DNA of 64,000 nucleotides from contig CAVSHR010000003.1 of the NCBI GenBank assembly GCA_963727625.1, positions 168,601-232,600 on the forward strand, in the 5' to 3' direction. Of the stretch, positions 21,891 through 31,642 are shown piece after piece. The stretch is from an uncultured delta proteobacterium (GTDB taxonomy: Bacteria; Desulfobacterota; Binatia; UBA9968). The notes beneath the pieces are model-generated. The model searched no databases and was not told the DNA's origin. It saw nothing but the letters and a program-made list of their open reading frames with translations. Position numbers and translations under genes: made by a program. The stretch's first letter is position 1; every line of letters begins with the position of its first letter.

Positions 21891-22715
21891 TTAGAATACT
21901 TCCGCTGGTACACCGGTGCGCCAGCGCACTTCACCGGCGATCCATTGCAGCGTGATCACACTGACTTTTTCAATTCCTTTGTCTGGGGGCTCACGATCCA
22001 GGCTATAAATCTGAACGCCGGCGGGATGAATCTCCCGGATTTTCTGAATCCACATCGAAACCGATTCAGGGTCGGTGTTGGTGACTCTTCCCTGGATAAA
22101 ACAGGACTGGAGGTAAATATTCTTGAGTGCTTTCAATCCAACGATAATTTCGCCCATGTACACCGGCGCCGTAGGATGGTTGAGCTGGCAAAACATTTCC
22201 TCGCTGCCAGCGTCGAATTTCATGATTTTTACATCGATAAGTTCCAGCGCGGCGCGAACGGATGGTTCGCCTAAGGTCGACGAGTTTGACAGAATCGAAA
22301 TGCACGCATCGGGTTGGTAACGGTCACGAAGCTCTTTCATTTTGACAATGATTTCGGTGAGTGCCGGATAGACCGTAGGTTCGCCATTGCCGCAGATGGT
22401 GATGGAATCGAGCGTTTTTTTCCCACGGGACAGATCCGCCAACACCTTCTCGACAGCCGTTCCAACCTCATCAACCGTTGGTAGATTATCCAGCCCTCCG
22501 GAAGCGGGCGTCGTGTCTTCAGTCCAGCCGTATTGGCAGTAAATACAATTGAACGAACAGAGTTTATACGCGGTTGGCAGCAAGTTGATGCCGAGAGAAA
22601 TGCCGAGGCGGCGCGATTGAACGGGGCCGTAGACGATCTCCGGTTGCGGCGAATATTTATTCAGCAGTTGCGGCGGCCGGTGGCCTGTGCGTGATCTTAC
22701 CGTGATACGGTTCAT
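21891..22715 (-). CDS. Radical SAM protein (COG0731/TYW1-like Fe-S oxidoreductase)
   Basis: YGPVQSRRLGISLGINL, CSFNCIYC, GNGEPT. Confidence 0.85.
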   Translation of the reverse strand: MNRITVRSRTGHRPPQLLNKYSPQPEIVYGPVQSRRLGISLGINLLPTAYKLCSFNCIYCQYGWTEDTTPASGGLDNLPTVDEVGTAVEKVLADLSRGKKTLDSITICGNGEPTVYPALTEIIVKMKELRDRYQPDACISILSNSSTLGEPSVRAALELIDVKIMKFDAGSEEMFCQLNHPTAPVYMGEIIVGLKALKNIYLQSCFIQGRVTNTDPESVSMWIQKIREIHPAGVQIYSLDREPPDKGIEKVSVITLQWIAGEVRWRTGVPAEVF

Positions 22716-22740
22716 GCCGATTCCGGTCGCAACCGATGGC

Positions 22741-23892
22741 TCAGCGGTTTGCCTTTCGGTAACCCAACACGTCTTGCGCGATAATGAGCTTTTGAATGTT
22801 CACCGAACCTTCGACGATTTGATAGGACTTGGCATCGCGGTAATAACGTTCAACGGGAAATTCCGTCGAATAACCGTAGGCGCCGAGCATTTTGAGCGCG
22901 GCGTCGGCGGAGAATGCCGCGGCTTCGGCACCGGCGTATTTCGCCATCGAGGCCTCCCAGTTGTAGGGTTGGCTGCGGTCAGCTAGACAGGCTGCGCGGT
23001 AAACCAGCAGACGGGCCGCTTCTTCCTGTACGATCATCTGCGCGATGAGATCTTGGTTCATTTGAAACTGGCCGATCTTTTGACCGAACTGCTCGCGCTG
23101 ATTGGCATAGCTCACTGCCGCCTCGCGGGCGGCCTTGGCGAGTCCGATGGCGCCGGCGGCGCAGCCTAGGCGCGTGTGATTCAAGTGGCGCATGCAGATT
23201 TTGAAGCCGTCGCCTTCTTGACCGATGAGATTCTCCGCGGGAATTTTAAAATTGTCGAAGGTTAACTCGCCGGTGGGCGAGGCATGCGCGCCCAACTTGT
23301 CGAGGTCGCGGCGGGTCACACCGGGCTGATTCAAGTCCGCATAGAAGGCCGACATGCCGCGATGCTTCTGCGCGCGGTCGGTGTACGCAAAGAGGATGCC
23401 GGCGTCGGCCACGGTGGCATTGGTGATCCAGATTTTGGTGCCGTCGAGGCGATAGTAGTTGCCGTCGCGCCTGGCAGTAGTCTTCATCGCCGCCACATCC
23501 GAGCCGGCGTCGGGTTCGGTGATGGCGAATAATCCCACGGATTCGCCGCTTAGAAATCCCGGTATATGTCTAGTCTTTTGCTGTTCGTTGCCGAACTCGA
23601 AAATCGTCACGGCCGGACCGGCTTGCATATTCAAATAAACCCGAATGGCGCTGTGAACGCGCGCGATTTCTTCCGAAATCAGAGCGTGGGCGAGGAAGCC
23701 GAGACCGTTGCCGCCGTACTCTTCGGGAATCAAACAGCCGTAGAATCCCAACTCGCCCATTTTGATCACTAGATCTTTGCGAAAAATATGTTCCCGGTCG
23801 TCCTTCGTTGCGCTCGGAGCGATCTCTTTCTCGGAAAAGTCACGCGCTAATTTCTGAACTTCGGCCAACTCTTCCGGCAGCTCAAAATCCAT
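22741..23892 (-). CDS. Acyl-CoA dehydrogenase, closely resembling non-decarboxylating glutaryl-CoA dehydrogenase
   Basis: ITEPDAGSD, KLGAHASPTGEL, LNHTRL, FQMNQD, GAYGYSTE, C-terminal RKANR, as recalled for Desulfococcus multivorans GDH. Confidence 0.8.
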   Translation of the reverse strand: MDFELPEELAEVQKLARDFSEKEIAPSATKDDREHIFRKDLVIKMGELGFYGCLIPEEYGGNGLGFLAHALISEEIARVHSAIRVYLNMQAGPAVTIFEFGNEQQKTRHIPGFLSGESVGLFAITEPDAGSDVAAMKTTARRDGNYYRLDGTKIWITNATVADAGILFAYTDRAQKHRGMSAFYADLNQPGVTRRDLDKLGAHASPTGELTFDNFKIPAENLIGQEGDGFKICMRHLNHTRLGCAAGAIGLAKAAREAAVSYANQREQFGQKIGQFQMNQDLIAQMIVQEEAARLLVYRAACLADRSQPYNWEASMAKYAGAEAAAFSADAALKMLGAYGYSTEFPVERYYRDAKSYQIVEGSVNIQKLIIAQDVLGYRKANR

Positions 23893-25048
23893 GTCGGCGC
23901 TCCTTGTGCAAAAGGCTCTTAGCGATCACGAGCTTTTGAATTTCCGAGGAACCTTCATAGATGCGCAGGGCGCGCACGTCGCGGTAAAGTCGTTCCATAA
24001 CGTTTCCTGCCACGACACCGTTGCCGCCGTGAATCTGTAGCGCCTGGTCGACGATTCGCTGCGCCGCTTCCGTGGCGAAGAGCTTGGCGATAGATGACTT
24101 GAGCGGCAGATCCGGTCCCTCCATGTCATGTGTCCAGGCAGCCTGATAAACGAGAAGACGGGACGCCTCTAAATCGGCCGCCATCTCGGCGATCTTAAAT
24201 TGAATCCCCTGAAATTCGCCGATGGCGCGGCCGAACTGCCGTCGGTTTTGGCTGTAAGAAATCGCTTCCGCCAAGGCTCTGCGGGCGAAACCGACAGCGG
24301 CGGCGCCGACGCTGCAGCGCAGGGTGTCAAGGGTCCGATAAGCGATAGTCAGTCCATCTCCTTCGCCGCCGAGCATTTGTTGTCGCGGCACGAAACAGTT
24401 TTCAAAGGCCACGACGCCGATCGGGTGAGGGGAAAGCAACCGAGTTTTTTCCTTGACCGTGAAGCCGGGAGAATTGGCTTCTACGATAAAAGCGCTAACG
24501 CCCTTGGCCTTCGCACCGGGGTCTGATGAGGCGAAAACGATGTAGGTGTGCGCGATGCCGGCGTTGGAGATGAAGCATTTAATCCCGTCTAAACAGTAAC
24601 CGTCGCGGACTTTTGTCGCCCGTGTGCTAATGGCCGAAGCGTCGGACCCGGCTTCAGGCTCGGTGAGCGCGAAAGCCGCGATGTTTTCCGCGGTCGCTGC
24701 CGGCGGCAAGTACTTCTTCTTTTGCTCTTCCGAGCCGGAGACGACGATCGGGTAACTGCCGAGGGCTTGAACACCGAACATGACGTCTGCCAGGGCTGAA
24801 CAAGAGGCGAGTTCTTCGCGGATCACGCAAAGGTCGCGAGCCTGAACGGTTGCACGGAGGCCTCCGTATTGACCCGGAACCACATAACCCATGAAACCGT
24901 CTTGGCCGAGTTGTCGCGCGAGCCGGATGGCGTCGCGCTCAAGCGTTTCTGGATCAGACTCAAGATTCAGCGCATTGCGATGCGACCATGAACTGAGCCT
25001 TTCACGTAGTGTGCGAGCTTGATCATCGTCTAAAAAGTCCATGATCAA
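23882..25048 (-). CDS. Acyl-CoA dehydrogenase (abm-cluster-like)
   Basis: LCVIREELA..SALADVMFGVQALGS, AAFALTEPEAGSD, LYRDVRALRIYEG. Confidence 0.85.
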   Translation of the reverse strand: MIMDFLDDDQARTLRERLSSWSHRNALNLESDPETLERDAIRLARQLGQDGFMGYVVPGQYGGLRATVQARDLCVIREELASCSALADVMFGVQALGSYPIVVSGSEEQKKKYLPPAATAENIAAFALTEPEAGSDASAISTRATKVRDGYCLDGIKCFISNAGIAHTYIVFASSDPGAKAKGVSAFIVEANSPGFTVKEKTRLLSPHPIGVVAFENCFVPRQQMLGGEGDGLTIAYRTLDTLRCSVGAAAVGFARRALAEAISYSQNRRQFGRAIGEFQGIQFKIAEMAADLEASRLLVYQAAWTHDMEGPDLPLKSSIAKLFATEAAQRIVDQALQIHGGNGVVAGNVMERLYRDVRALRIYEGSSEIQKLVIAKSLLHKERRHGF

Positions 25049-25060
25049 CAGCCAGCGGTG

Positions 25061-25510
25061 TCAGCTGGAAATTTCCTTTTGATAATGCAGCATTTTGCCC
25101 TGGACGAAGCCGAGCCGGCTGAAAAAATCCTGCATTTCATTCTGGCTGTTGCTCACCAGGGTGAAGATGGTCTTGATACCGTGGTCTTCAGCCGATTCGG
25201 CGAATTGACCGACTAATTCCTGAGCAATTCCCTTGCGGCGATAGGCTGGGTCAACACCGATTATTTCAATCCACGCTACGGTCCCCGGCAATCCAAATTC
25301 AAATTCACCGGCCCGCCCCAATACAAACCCGACCACGCGGTTGTCGCGTTCGGCCACCAAAGAGGCCCAGTGGGGCCGAATAGCTTCGGAGATTTCGATT
25401 CTCTTCTCCCAGTACTCGGGCCGCGCCACCCCGGTCTGGCGCTCCTCCATGCTGACGATCGCAGGGAGATCGCGCTTCTCCAGATTTCTGACATAGATCT
25501 CTTTTTTCAT
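25061..25510 (-). CDS. GNAT-family N-acetyltransferase (BadL-like context)
   Basis: IGVDPAYRRKGIA acetyl-CoA motif, GEFEFG, FFSRLGF. Confidence 0.85.
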   Translation of the reverse strand: MKKEIYVRNLEKRDLPAIVSMEERQTGVARPEYWEKRIEISEAIRPHWASLVAERDNRVVGFVLGRAGEFEFGLPGTVAWIEIIGVDPAYRRKGIAQELVGQFAESAEDHGIKTIFTLVSNSQNEMQDFFSRLGFVQGKMLHYQKEISS

Positions 25511-25533
25511 AGGCTTTTCCTCTCGCTTCGAGC

Positions 25534-26328
25534 TTAACTCCGGTTAAAACGCTGCGGTCGTTTCTCGACGAAGGAATTGTATCCCTCCACGAAGTCCGCG
25601 GTTTCCATGCACCTCGCCTGGGCTGCCGCTTCCATTTCCAGCGCAGTTTCTAGATTGATGTTCGCTTCATATTCGAGAAGCTCCTTGGTGACTCCCAGCG
25701 CGTACAGCGGCCCGTCCTTCAATCGATTTGCCCACTTGTAAGTTTCATCCATCAAAGCATCAGCCGGCACGACGCGATTGGCCAAACCGATACGGTGCGC
25801 CTCCTGGGCATCGATGGTATCGCCGAAGTAGACCAGCTCGGTGGCTTTGCCCAGGCCGACGATTCTCGGCAACAAGTACAGCGCGCCCATATCGGCGCCT
25901 GATAGACCCACTTTTACGAATAGAAAAGCCGCACGTGCTTTGTCGGAGAAGAGGCGCAAGTCCGAGGCGAGCATGAGCATCGCGCCAGCGCCGGCGGCGA
26001 TGCCGTTGACTGCGGCGATGATCGGCTTCTTTAAGGCGCGCATGTTTTTGATGACGTTGCAGGTCATGCGCGTGAAATTATAGAGTTCGTCGCCTTTCAT
26101 CTTGAGCAGCGGCCCGATGATGTCGTCGACCCGGCCGCCGGAACAAAAACCTTTGCCGGCTCCGGTCAGCACAACGACCTTGACCGTGTTGTCATGGGCC
26201 ATTTCCGCCGTGAGTTTTTCCAATTCGGCGTAAGTCTGGAAGGTCAGCGCATTGAGTCTTTCGGGATCGTTTAGGCGTATCGTTGCAATTCCTTCGTTGT
26301 TCTCAAAAACAAAACTCGAATAACTCAT
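25534..26328 (-). CDS. Enoyl-CoA hydratase family protein (abm-cluster type)
   Basis: LNALTFQTYAEL, GFCSGG, FLFVKVGLSGADMGA. Confidence 0.85.
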   Translation of the reverse strand: MSYSSFVFENNEGIATIRLNDPERLNALTFQTYAELEKLTAEMAHDNTVKVVVLTGAGKGFCSGGRVDDIIGPLLKMKGDELYNFTRMTCNVIKNMRALKKPIIAAVNGIAAGAGAMLMLASDLRLFSDKARAAFLFVKVGLSGADMGALYLLPRIVGLGKATELVYFGDTIDAQEAHRIGLANRVVPADALMDETYKWANRLKDGPLYALGVTKELLEYEANINLETALEMEAAAQARCMETADFVEGYNSFVEKRPQRFNRS

Positions 26329-26360
26329 CCGGTGCTTCTCCTTGCATCTAGCGTTTCGAT

Positions 26361-27140
26361 TCAGGCCATCACCGCGCCGCCATCGACCTGGATGCCCTGG
26401 CCGGTAATCCCTCTAGCGCGATCTGATGCGAGCATCAACGTCACGTACGCCACTTCTTGCGGTTCGATCAGGCGCCGCTGCGGGCAACTCGCCGCCAGCA
26501 GTCCGATCGCTTCATCCAGGGACTGGCCGCGTTTTTCCGCCATGCGTCGCGCGTTGTCACGGGTCAATTCAGTGTTGACGTAGCCGGGGCATACGGCATT
26601 GACGGTCACGCCCGACCTCGCGGTTTCGATCGCCAGAGAGCGGGTCAGGCCGAGAAGCGCGTGTTTCGATGTGGCATAGGCGGCAATTTGCGGGTAGGCG
26701 ACCCGCGCTACCGTCGAAGCGATATTGATAATCCGACCCCATCGCGCGCTGACCATTGGCCGCAAAAAAGCTTTGCAGCAGTTGTAGGCGGCGCTCAGAT
26801 TGACGCGCATGACTTCTTCCCAAAGACTATCCGGCATTTCGAGAAAGGCCGCCGCCGGCGCGATGCCGACGTTGTTCACGAGGATTTGCACCTCGCCGAA
26901 ACGACTTTCGATCTGGCGCTGTAAATTTTCGACCTCGGTTTTTTTTGTCACGTCGCAGGTCGTTGCCATCAGTTCGGCGCCGTGGCTGTCTACTTCCGCG
27001 GCGAGCTGGTCAAGGGTCTCCGCCGTTCTGCCGGTTACGACCAGCCGGCTTTTCTCCGCGGCAAATGCCAGAGCAATGGCCCTACCGATGCCGCGCCCGG
27101 CGCCGGTCACCAGAACGACTTTGCCGCATAGATCTTTCAT
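26361..27140 (-). CDS. SDR family 3-hydroxyacyl-CoA dehydrogenase-like protein
   Basis: TGAGRGIG, YATSKH, VNAVCPGYV. Confidence 0.88.
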   Translation of the reverse strand: MKDLCGKVVLVTGAGRGIGRAIALAFAAEKSRLVVTGRTAETLDQLAAEVDSHGAELMATTCDVTKKTEVENLQRQIESRFGEVQILVNNVGIAPAAAFLEMPDSLWEEVMRVNLSAAYNCCKAFLRPMVSARWGRIINIASTVARVAYPQIAAYATSKHALLGLTRSLAIETARSGVTVNAVCPGYVNTELTRDNARRMAEKRGQSLDEAIGLLAASCPQRRLIEPQEVAYVTLMLASDRARGITGQGIQVDGGAVMA

Positions 27141-27143
27141 GGG

Positions 27144-27923
27144 TCAGTCGCCGGTAAAGTTCGGTTTGCGTTTCTCCAAAAACGCTTTAGTTCCCTCGGC
27201 CAGATCCTGGGTGTGCGCGATCGCGCCGAAAGTTCGCGCTTCGAATTCAAGGCCCGCCGCCAAGCCGACATCCAGGCTACGATTGATCAGCATCTTCGAG
27301 GCTTGCAGGGCGAGACGCGGCAAGGCGGCCAGCTTGGCGGCGAGACTGTTCGCTTCCGCCAAATACGTTCCCGTCGGCGCGACTTTCATGACCAAGCCCG
27401 CGGCCAGCGCTTCTTGGGCCGTGATCGGATCGCCGGTGAGAATCATTTCTTTGGCCTTGGCGATGCCGATCAAACGCCCCAGTCTTTGCGTGCCGCCGCC
27501 GCCGGGAAAAGCGCCGATCTTGATTTCCGGGAGCCCAAAGCGCGCGCTCTCCGAAGCGATGCGAAAATCGGCGGCCAAAGCCAATTCGCAACCGCCGCCG
27601 AGGGCAAATCCCGAAATTGCCGCAATCACCGGTTGAGGCAGCGATTCAACTTGGTCAAAAAGGATTTGAAATTCCCGTGCGTGGTGATAAGAGGACTCGG
27701 CGTTGGCGGGACCGCCCATTTCGCCGATGTCCGCACCGGCGCAAAAGATTTCGTCACTCCCGGTAATGACGACCGCTCGTATCGCCGGTTTGCGCGCCAG
27801 TTCGTGCAGTAGGCTCTCCATTTCTTGGCGCATCTGCGTATTAAACGAATTTTTCTTTTCCGGCCGGTTCAACCGGATTGTCGCGACCGCACCGTCCTCT
27901 TGAAATTGCAGGGTTTGATACAT
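27144..27923 (-). CDS. Crotonase / enoyl-CoA hydratase
   Basis: FCAGADI, GGGCELA, GLPEIKIG, GGGGTQRL (both catalytic Glu present). Confidence 0.9.
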   Translation of the reverse strand: MYQTLQFQEDGAVATIRLNRPEKKNSFNTQMRQEMESLLHELARKPAIRAVVITGSDEIFCAGADIGEMGGPANAESSYHHAREFQILFDQVESLPQPVIAAISGFALGGGCELALAADFRIASESARFGLPEIKIGAFPGGGGTQRLGRLIGIAKAKEMILTGDPITAQEALAAGLVMKVAPTGTYLAEANSLAAKLAALPRLALQASKMLINRSLDVGLAAGLEFEARTFGAIAHTQDLAEGTKAFLEKRKPNFTGD

Positions 27924-27982
27924 TCCTTCCTCATTTGAAGAATATCGTTTAATGAATACTTATGCTTGTTGACCGAGCGCCA

Positions 27983-28230
27983 TTACGGGTATCGCCCGTA
28001 TACCGCTCTGTCCGGATAAACCTTTTGCCAATACTGAGCCGATTCCAACAACTCACGGCAGGCCTTGTTGCAGATCGCTGCTCGGCCAAACCTGCGCCAT
28101 CGCAAGCCAGAACATCCAACGCATGACCGCGCAGCTGAGGATAGGCTTGCAACCGGACGCTATGACTGAGCTTATCGAGCGGACATTTCAACGAGAGGAC
28201 GTAATCGGCGGATAAAAATCTACACATCAT
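27983..28230 (-). pseudogene. Small Cys-rich protein with one frameshift
   Basis: RBS, then ...LKCPLDK...DVLACDG, continuing in the next frame as ICNKACRELLESAQYWQKVYPDRAVYGRYP-stop. Confidence 0.5.
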
Positions 28231-28248
28231 GGCCTTTTACCTTTCCTC

Positions 28249-29103
28249 TCACTTTAGATTGAAGAGCTCCGCCGCGTTATCGCGCAGCAGTTTACGCTTG
28301 GTGGTTTCTTTCAACCCCATCTCTTCCCACTGATCGAGACTCTCTTTCCAGGGCAGGCCGTTGGTTCCCCAAAGACAACGATCCAGACCCATGCGGCTGT
28401 TAATATAATGAATAATCTCGGGCTTGAGATATTTTGGCATCCAGGCGTCGACGCCGAAGTAAACGTTGTCCCATTTGTAGCAGACCGAAATCAGCTCCTC
28501 GACCCAGGGCCAACCGGTATGGGCGCCAATGATCTTGAGGTCGGGAAAATCGCTGGCGATACGATCCAGATAAATCGGCCGTGCATGCTCGCTAGGCATC
28601 GCTTCGAGAACATGCCCCACTTGCATCGACACCGGCACATTAAGCTCCACGCACTTGGCATAGAGCGGATACATTTTGGCGTCGTGCAACGGGATGTCGA
28701 AACCGTAGATGTGAATATAAACACCCTTGAAACCATGGACCTTGATCGCTTGCTCCAGTTCCTGCAACGACTCCTTGATTCGGAATGGATTGTAACTGGC
28801 AAGGCCGACAAAGCGGTTTGGATAACGAGTCGTGTATTGCGCGACTTCTTCCAGGGTCGTGTCCATGTACATCCACTTGTTGCGGTACGACCACATCTTG
28901 CACTGGGTGATGAAAACCTTGTCGACGCCCGCTTCGTCCATCTTGGCGATCATCGCCTCGATGCTGTCGTACTGCGGCAGGCCGCCGATGGCCTTCTCCA
29001 TACGGCAGATGAGCTCGCCCTTTTTCGCCTCGTTCCACTTGGCGATGAATTCCGGCGTCGCGACGTAATACATGATGTCGATGGCTTTGATGTCGTTTCG
29101 CAT
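28249..29103 (-). CDS. Amidohydrolase_2 family metal-dependent hydrolase
   Basis: YPLYAKCVEL, QVGH, IIGAHTGWPW, LWGTN. Confidence 0.88.
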   Translation of the reverse strand: MRNDIKAIDIMYYVATPEFIAKWNEAKKGELICRMEKAIGGLPQYDSIEAMIAKMDEAGVDKVFITQCKMWSYRNKWMYMDTTLEEVAQYTTRYPNRFVGLASYNPFRIKESLQELEQAIKVHGFKGVYIHIYGFDIPLHDAKMYPLYAKCVELNVPVSMQVGHVLEAMPSEHARPIYLDRIASDFPDLKIIGAHTGWPWVEELISVCYKWDNVYFGVDAWMPKYLKPEIIHYINSRMGLDRCLWGTNGLPWKESLDQWEEMGLKETTKRKLLRDNAAELFNLK

Positions 29104-29198
29104 GGCTACCTCAAAATAAAATGGATAATTGAAAATTGAAGATGATAACTCAAAATTTGACGTTTCATTTAATTATCCATTCTCCATTATCAATTTTC

Positions 29199-29963
29199 TT
29201 ACACCATCGTCAGCCCGCCGCTCACGCTCAATGTTTGTCCGGTGATAAATTCTGCCGCCGGCGACGTGAAAAAAAACACCGCCTCGGCGATTTCTTCGGG
29301 TTTCGCCGGACGCCGAAAGGGTGTGGCTTTGGTCACCGCTTCGATGATCTTTGCGGTTTGTTCCGATTGACTCCTGACGGCTTGTAACAGAGGAGTCTCT
29401 GTAAGCCCAGGGCAGACGACGTTGACGTTGATCTTATAGCGCGCGACTTCGCGCGCTATCGTTTTAGAAAACGCGATCACCGCCCCTTTGGAACCGGCAT
29501 ACACCGCTTCCCAACTTGAGCCGACGCGCCCGGCGTCGGAGGCGATGTTGACGATCTTGCCGCCGCCGCGAGAGATCATCTGGGGCAAAACGGCTTTGGC
29601 AGTGTAAAGCACAGACTTGAAATTGATCGCCAACAGTTTCTCCCAGGTCTCTTCGTTGCTTTCCACGAAGGGTTCCAAACGATCCCAACCCTGGCAGTTG
29701 ACTAAAATGTCGACCTGCCCGAAGCGCGCGAGAATCTCGCTCACCATGCGATCCACATCAATTTTCTTGGTCAGATCGACCTGGCAAGCCAGCGCGTCGA
29801 CGCCGAGAGCTTTAACTTCAGCGCTGACTTTCTCGGCATTATCCGTGGCGATATCCGCAATCGCGGTTTTCGCGCCGGCACGAGCCAATGCCAGGGCCAC
29901 CGCTCGTCCGATACCTCCACCACCGCCGGAAATCAAAGCGACTTTTCCTTGAAGCTCCTTCAT
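29199..29963 (-). CDS. SDR, BadH-like (2-hydroxycyclohexanecarboxyl-CoA dehydrogenase-like)
   Basis: True start MKELQGKVAL overlapping the upstream stop; GWDRLEPF, ASDAGRVGS, YAGSK, SVSGGLTM. Confidence 0.85.
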   Translation of the reverse strand: MKELQGKVALISGGGGGIGRAVALALARAGAKTAIADIATDNAEKVSAEVKALGVDALACQVDLTKKIDVDRMVSEILARFGQVDILVNCQGWDRLEPFVESNEETWEKLLAINFKSVLYTAKAVLPQMISRGGGKIVNIASDAGRVGSSWEAVYAGSKGAVIAFSKTIAREVARYKINVNVVCPGLTETPLLQAVRSQSEQTAKIIEAVTKATPFRRPAKPEEIAEAVFFFTSPAAEFITGQTLSVSGGLTMV

Positions 29964-30790
29964 GCGACCCTCGCTTCCTCGACCGGACTCGTTTTCTCGG
30001 CGCGCAGTTTTTCGAGGCGGCGTAGCGCCAAGAGGGCGGCCCCCAAAGCGCCGACGAGTTCGGGTTCCTCGCTTACGTTGATCTTTCTTTTGAGCGTTTC
30101 CTCCAGCGCTTTGACCATGCCTTTTTGCCGAGCCACGCCGCCGACGAAGGTAACCTCGTCTTCCATACCGGAGCGCTTGAGCAACGCCAAGGCCCGCGAA
30201 GCAAGCGAGTTGTGCACGCCGCGGAGAATATTTTCGATAGTCTCTCCGTTTGAGACGTGATTGATAATCTCCGATTCGGCCAAGACTGCGCAGACGCTGC
30301 TGATGGTCTGCGGCTTCTTCGCTTGAATCGAGAGATCCCCGACTTGCTCGATTCCGACCTCGAGATACTTGCAGGCGCGTTCGATGAAGCCGCCGGCCCC
30401 CGCAGCGCACTTGTCGTTGGTGCGGAACTCGCGCACCTTGCCGGTGTCGGTGACCCGCAGCGCTCGCGTGCTTTGCGCGCCGATGTCGAGCACGCAGCGG
30501 GTCTTGGGAAAGAGAAAAACCGCGCCTCGGCCGACGCAAGTAATATCGGTAATCTGCACGTCGCGAAAGGGGACGTTATAGCGACCGAAGCCGGTGGTGG
30601 CTATGTAATTGATGTCGTTATCCTTGAGCCCCGCTTCTTGAAGCGCCAAGTCCAACACCTCCCGGGCGACCGCGGCGAAATCCGGCCGGGTTTTGACGGA
30701 TGCTCTGGCGCAAATACGCCTGTCCCCATCCATGATCACCGCCTTGGTCGACTTTGCGCCCATGTCAATGCCAGCGACAAAAGTCATCAT
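29960..30790 (-). CDS. ASKHA ATPase activase subunit (BcrD/BzdP-like)
   Basis: GIDMGAKSTK, TTGFGR, NDKCAAG, SSVCAVLAESE. Confidence 0.88.
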   Translation of the reverse strand: MMTFVAGIDMGAKSTKAVIMDGDRRICARASVKTRPDFAAVAREVLDLALQEAGLKDNDINYIATTGFGRYNVPFRDVQITDITCVGRGAVFLFPKTRCVLDIGAQSTRALRVTDTGKVREFRTNDKCAAGAGGFIERACKYLEVGIEQVGDLSIQAKKPQTISSVCAVLAESEIINHVSNGETIENILRGVHNSLASRALALLKRSGMEDEVTFVGGVARQKGMVKALEETLKRKINVSEEPELVGALGAALLALRRLEKLRAEKTSPVEEARVA

Positions 30791-30808
30791 GCCTCCTTAA
30801 AATAAGCG

Positions 30809-31642
30809 TCAGGCAGTCGGCTCTGCCTGGATCGCTGTTGCCTGGGGCTTTTCCCCTGTTGCCTTCGTGGCGCGCTCCAGGGCGAAGATGCTTGCGCCCA
30901 GTGCGCCGACGAAATGAGAATCCGGACTGACGTTGAGCTTCATACCGAGTTTTTCTTCGAGCGCACGCACCATGCCGATGTTGAGCGACACGCCGCCGGT
31001 GAAAGTCACTTCAGGTTCAATGCCGACACGCCGCACCAGTGAAATGGTCCGCGCGGCGATAGCGCTGTGCACGCCGCCGAGGATATCCTCGGTTTTTTTG
31101 CCTTGGGCGAGGTAGGACATGATGTCAGACTCGACGAAAACCGTGCAGACGGTGGTCAGGCGCACGGGATTTCGCGCTTGGAGCGAGATATCGCCGATAT
31201 CGCCCAAGCCCATGCCCAAAGCCTCGGCGGCGCTGGCAAGAAATCTTCCGGTGCCGGCGGCGCACTTGTCGTTCATGACGAAGTCCTTGACATCGCCGTC
31301 GATGCCGATTTTGATGCCCTTGGCATCCTGGCCGCCCATGTCGATCACCGTGCGCGTGTTGGGAAAAAGATAACTCGCGCCGCGCGCATGGCAGCTGATC
31401 TCGGTGATCTGGGCGTCGCCGAAGGTCACTTTGTAGCGGCCGTACCCGGTGCCCACTACGTAAGCGACATCTTCCCGTTTGACTCCCGATTTTTGCAGCG
31501 CTTCGACGAAGCACCTTTCGGCGGCCCGGGTGACGTAAGCGCCGGTGTCGGTCAAGGCTCGGGCGATGATCTCAAACTTGTCGTTGAGTATAATTCCTTT
31601 GGTCTGAGTCGAGCCAACATCGATCCCTGCGGCGTAAATCAT
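30809..31642 (-). CDS. ASKHA ATPase activase subunit (BcrA/BzdQ-like)
   Basis: [39 protein letters not shown]. Confidence 0.9.
   Translation of the reverse strand: MIYAAGIDVGSTQTKGIILNDKFEIIARALTDTGAYVTRAAERCFVEALQKSGVKREDVAYVVGTGYGRYKVTFGDAQITEISCHARGASYLFPNTRTVIDMGGQDAKGIKIGIDGDVKDFVMNDKCAAGTGRFLASAAEALGMGLGDIGDISLQARNPVRLTTVCTVFVESDIMSYLAQGKKTEDILGGVHSAIAARTISLVRRVGIEPEVTFTGGVSLNIGMVRALEEKLGMKLNVSPDSHFVGALGASIFALERATKATGEKPQATAIQAEPTA

Noticed and set aside
29964-30539. N-terminal extension of the 446-aa ORF 29199..30539
   Set aside because: It is an off-frame overlap with the activase gene; the SDR starts at 29963
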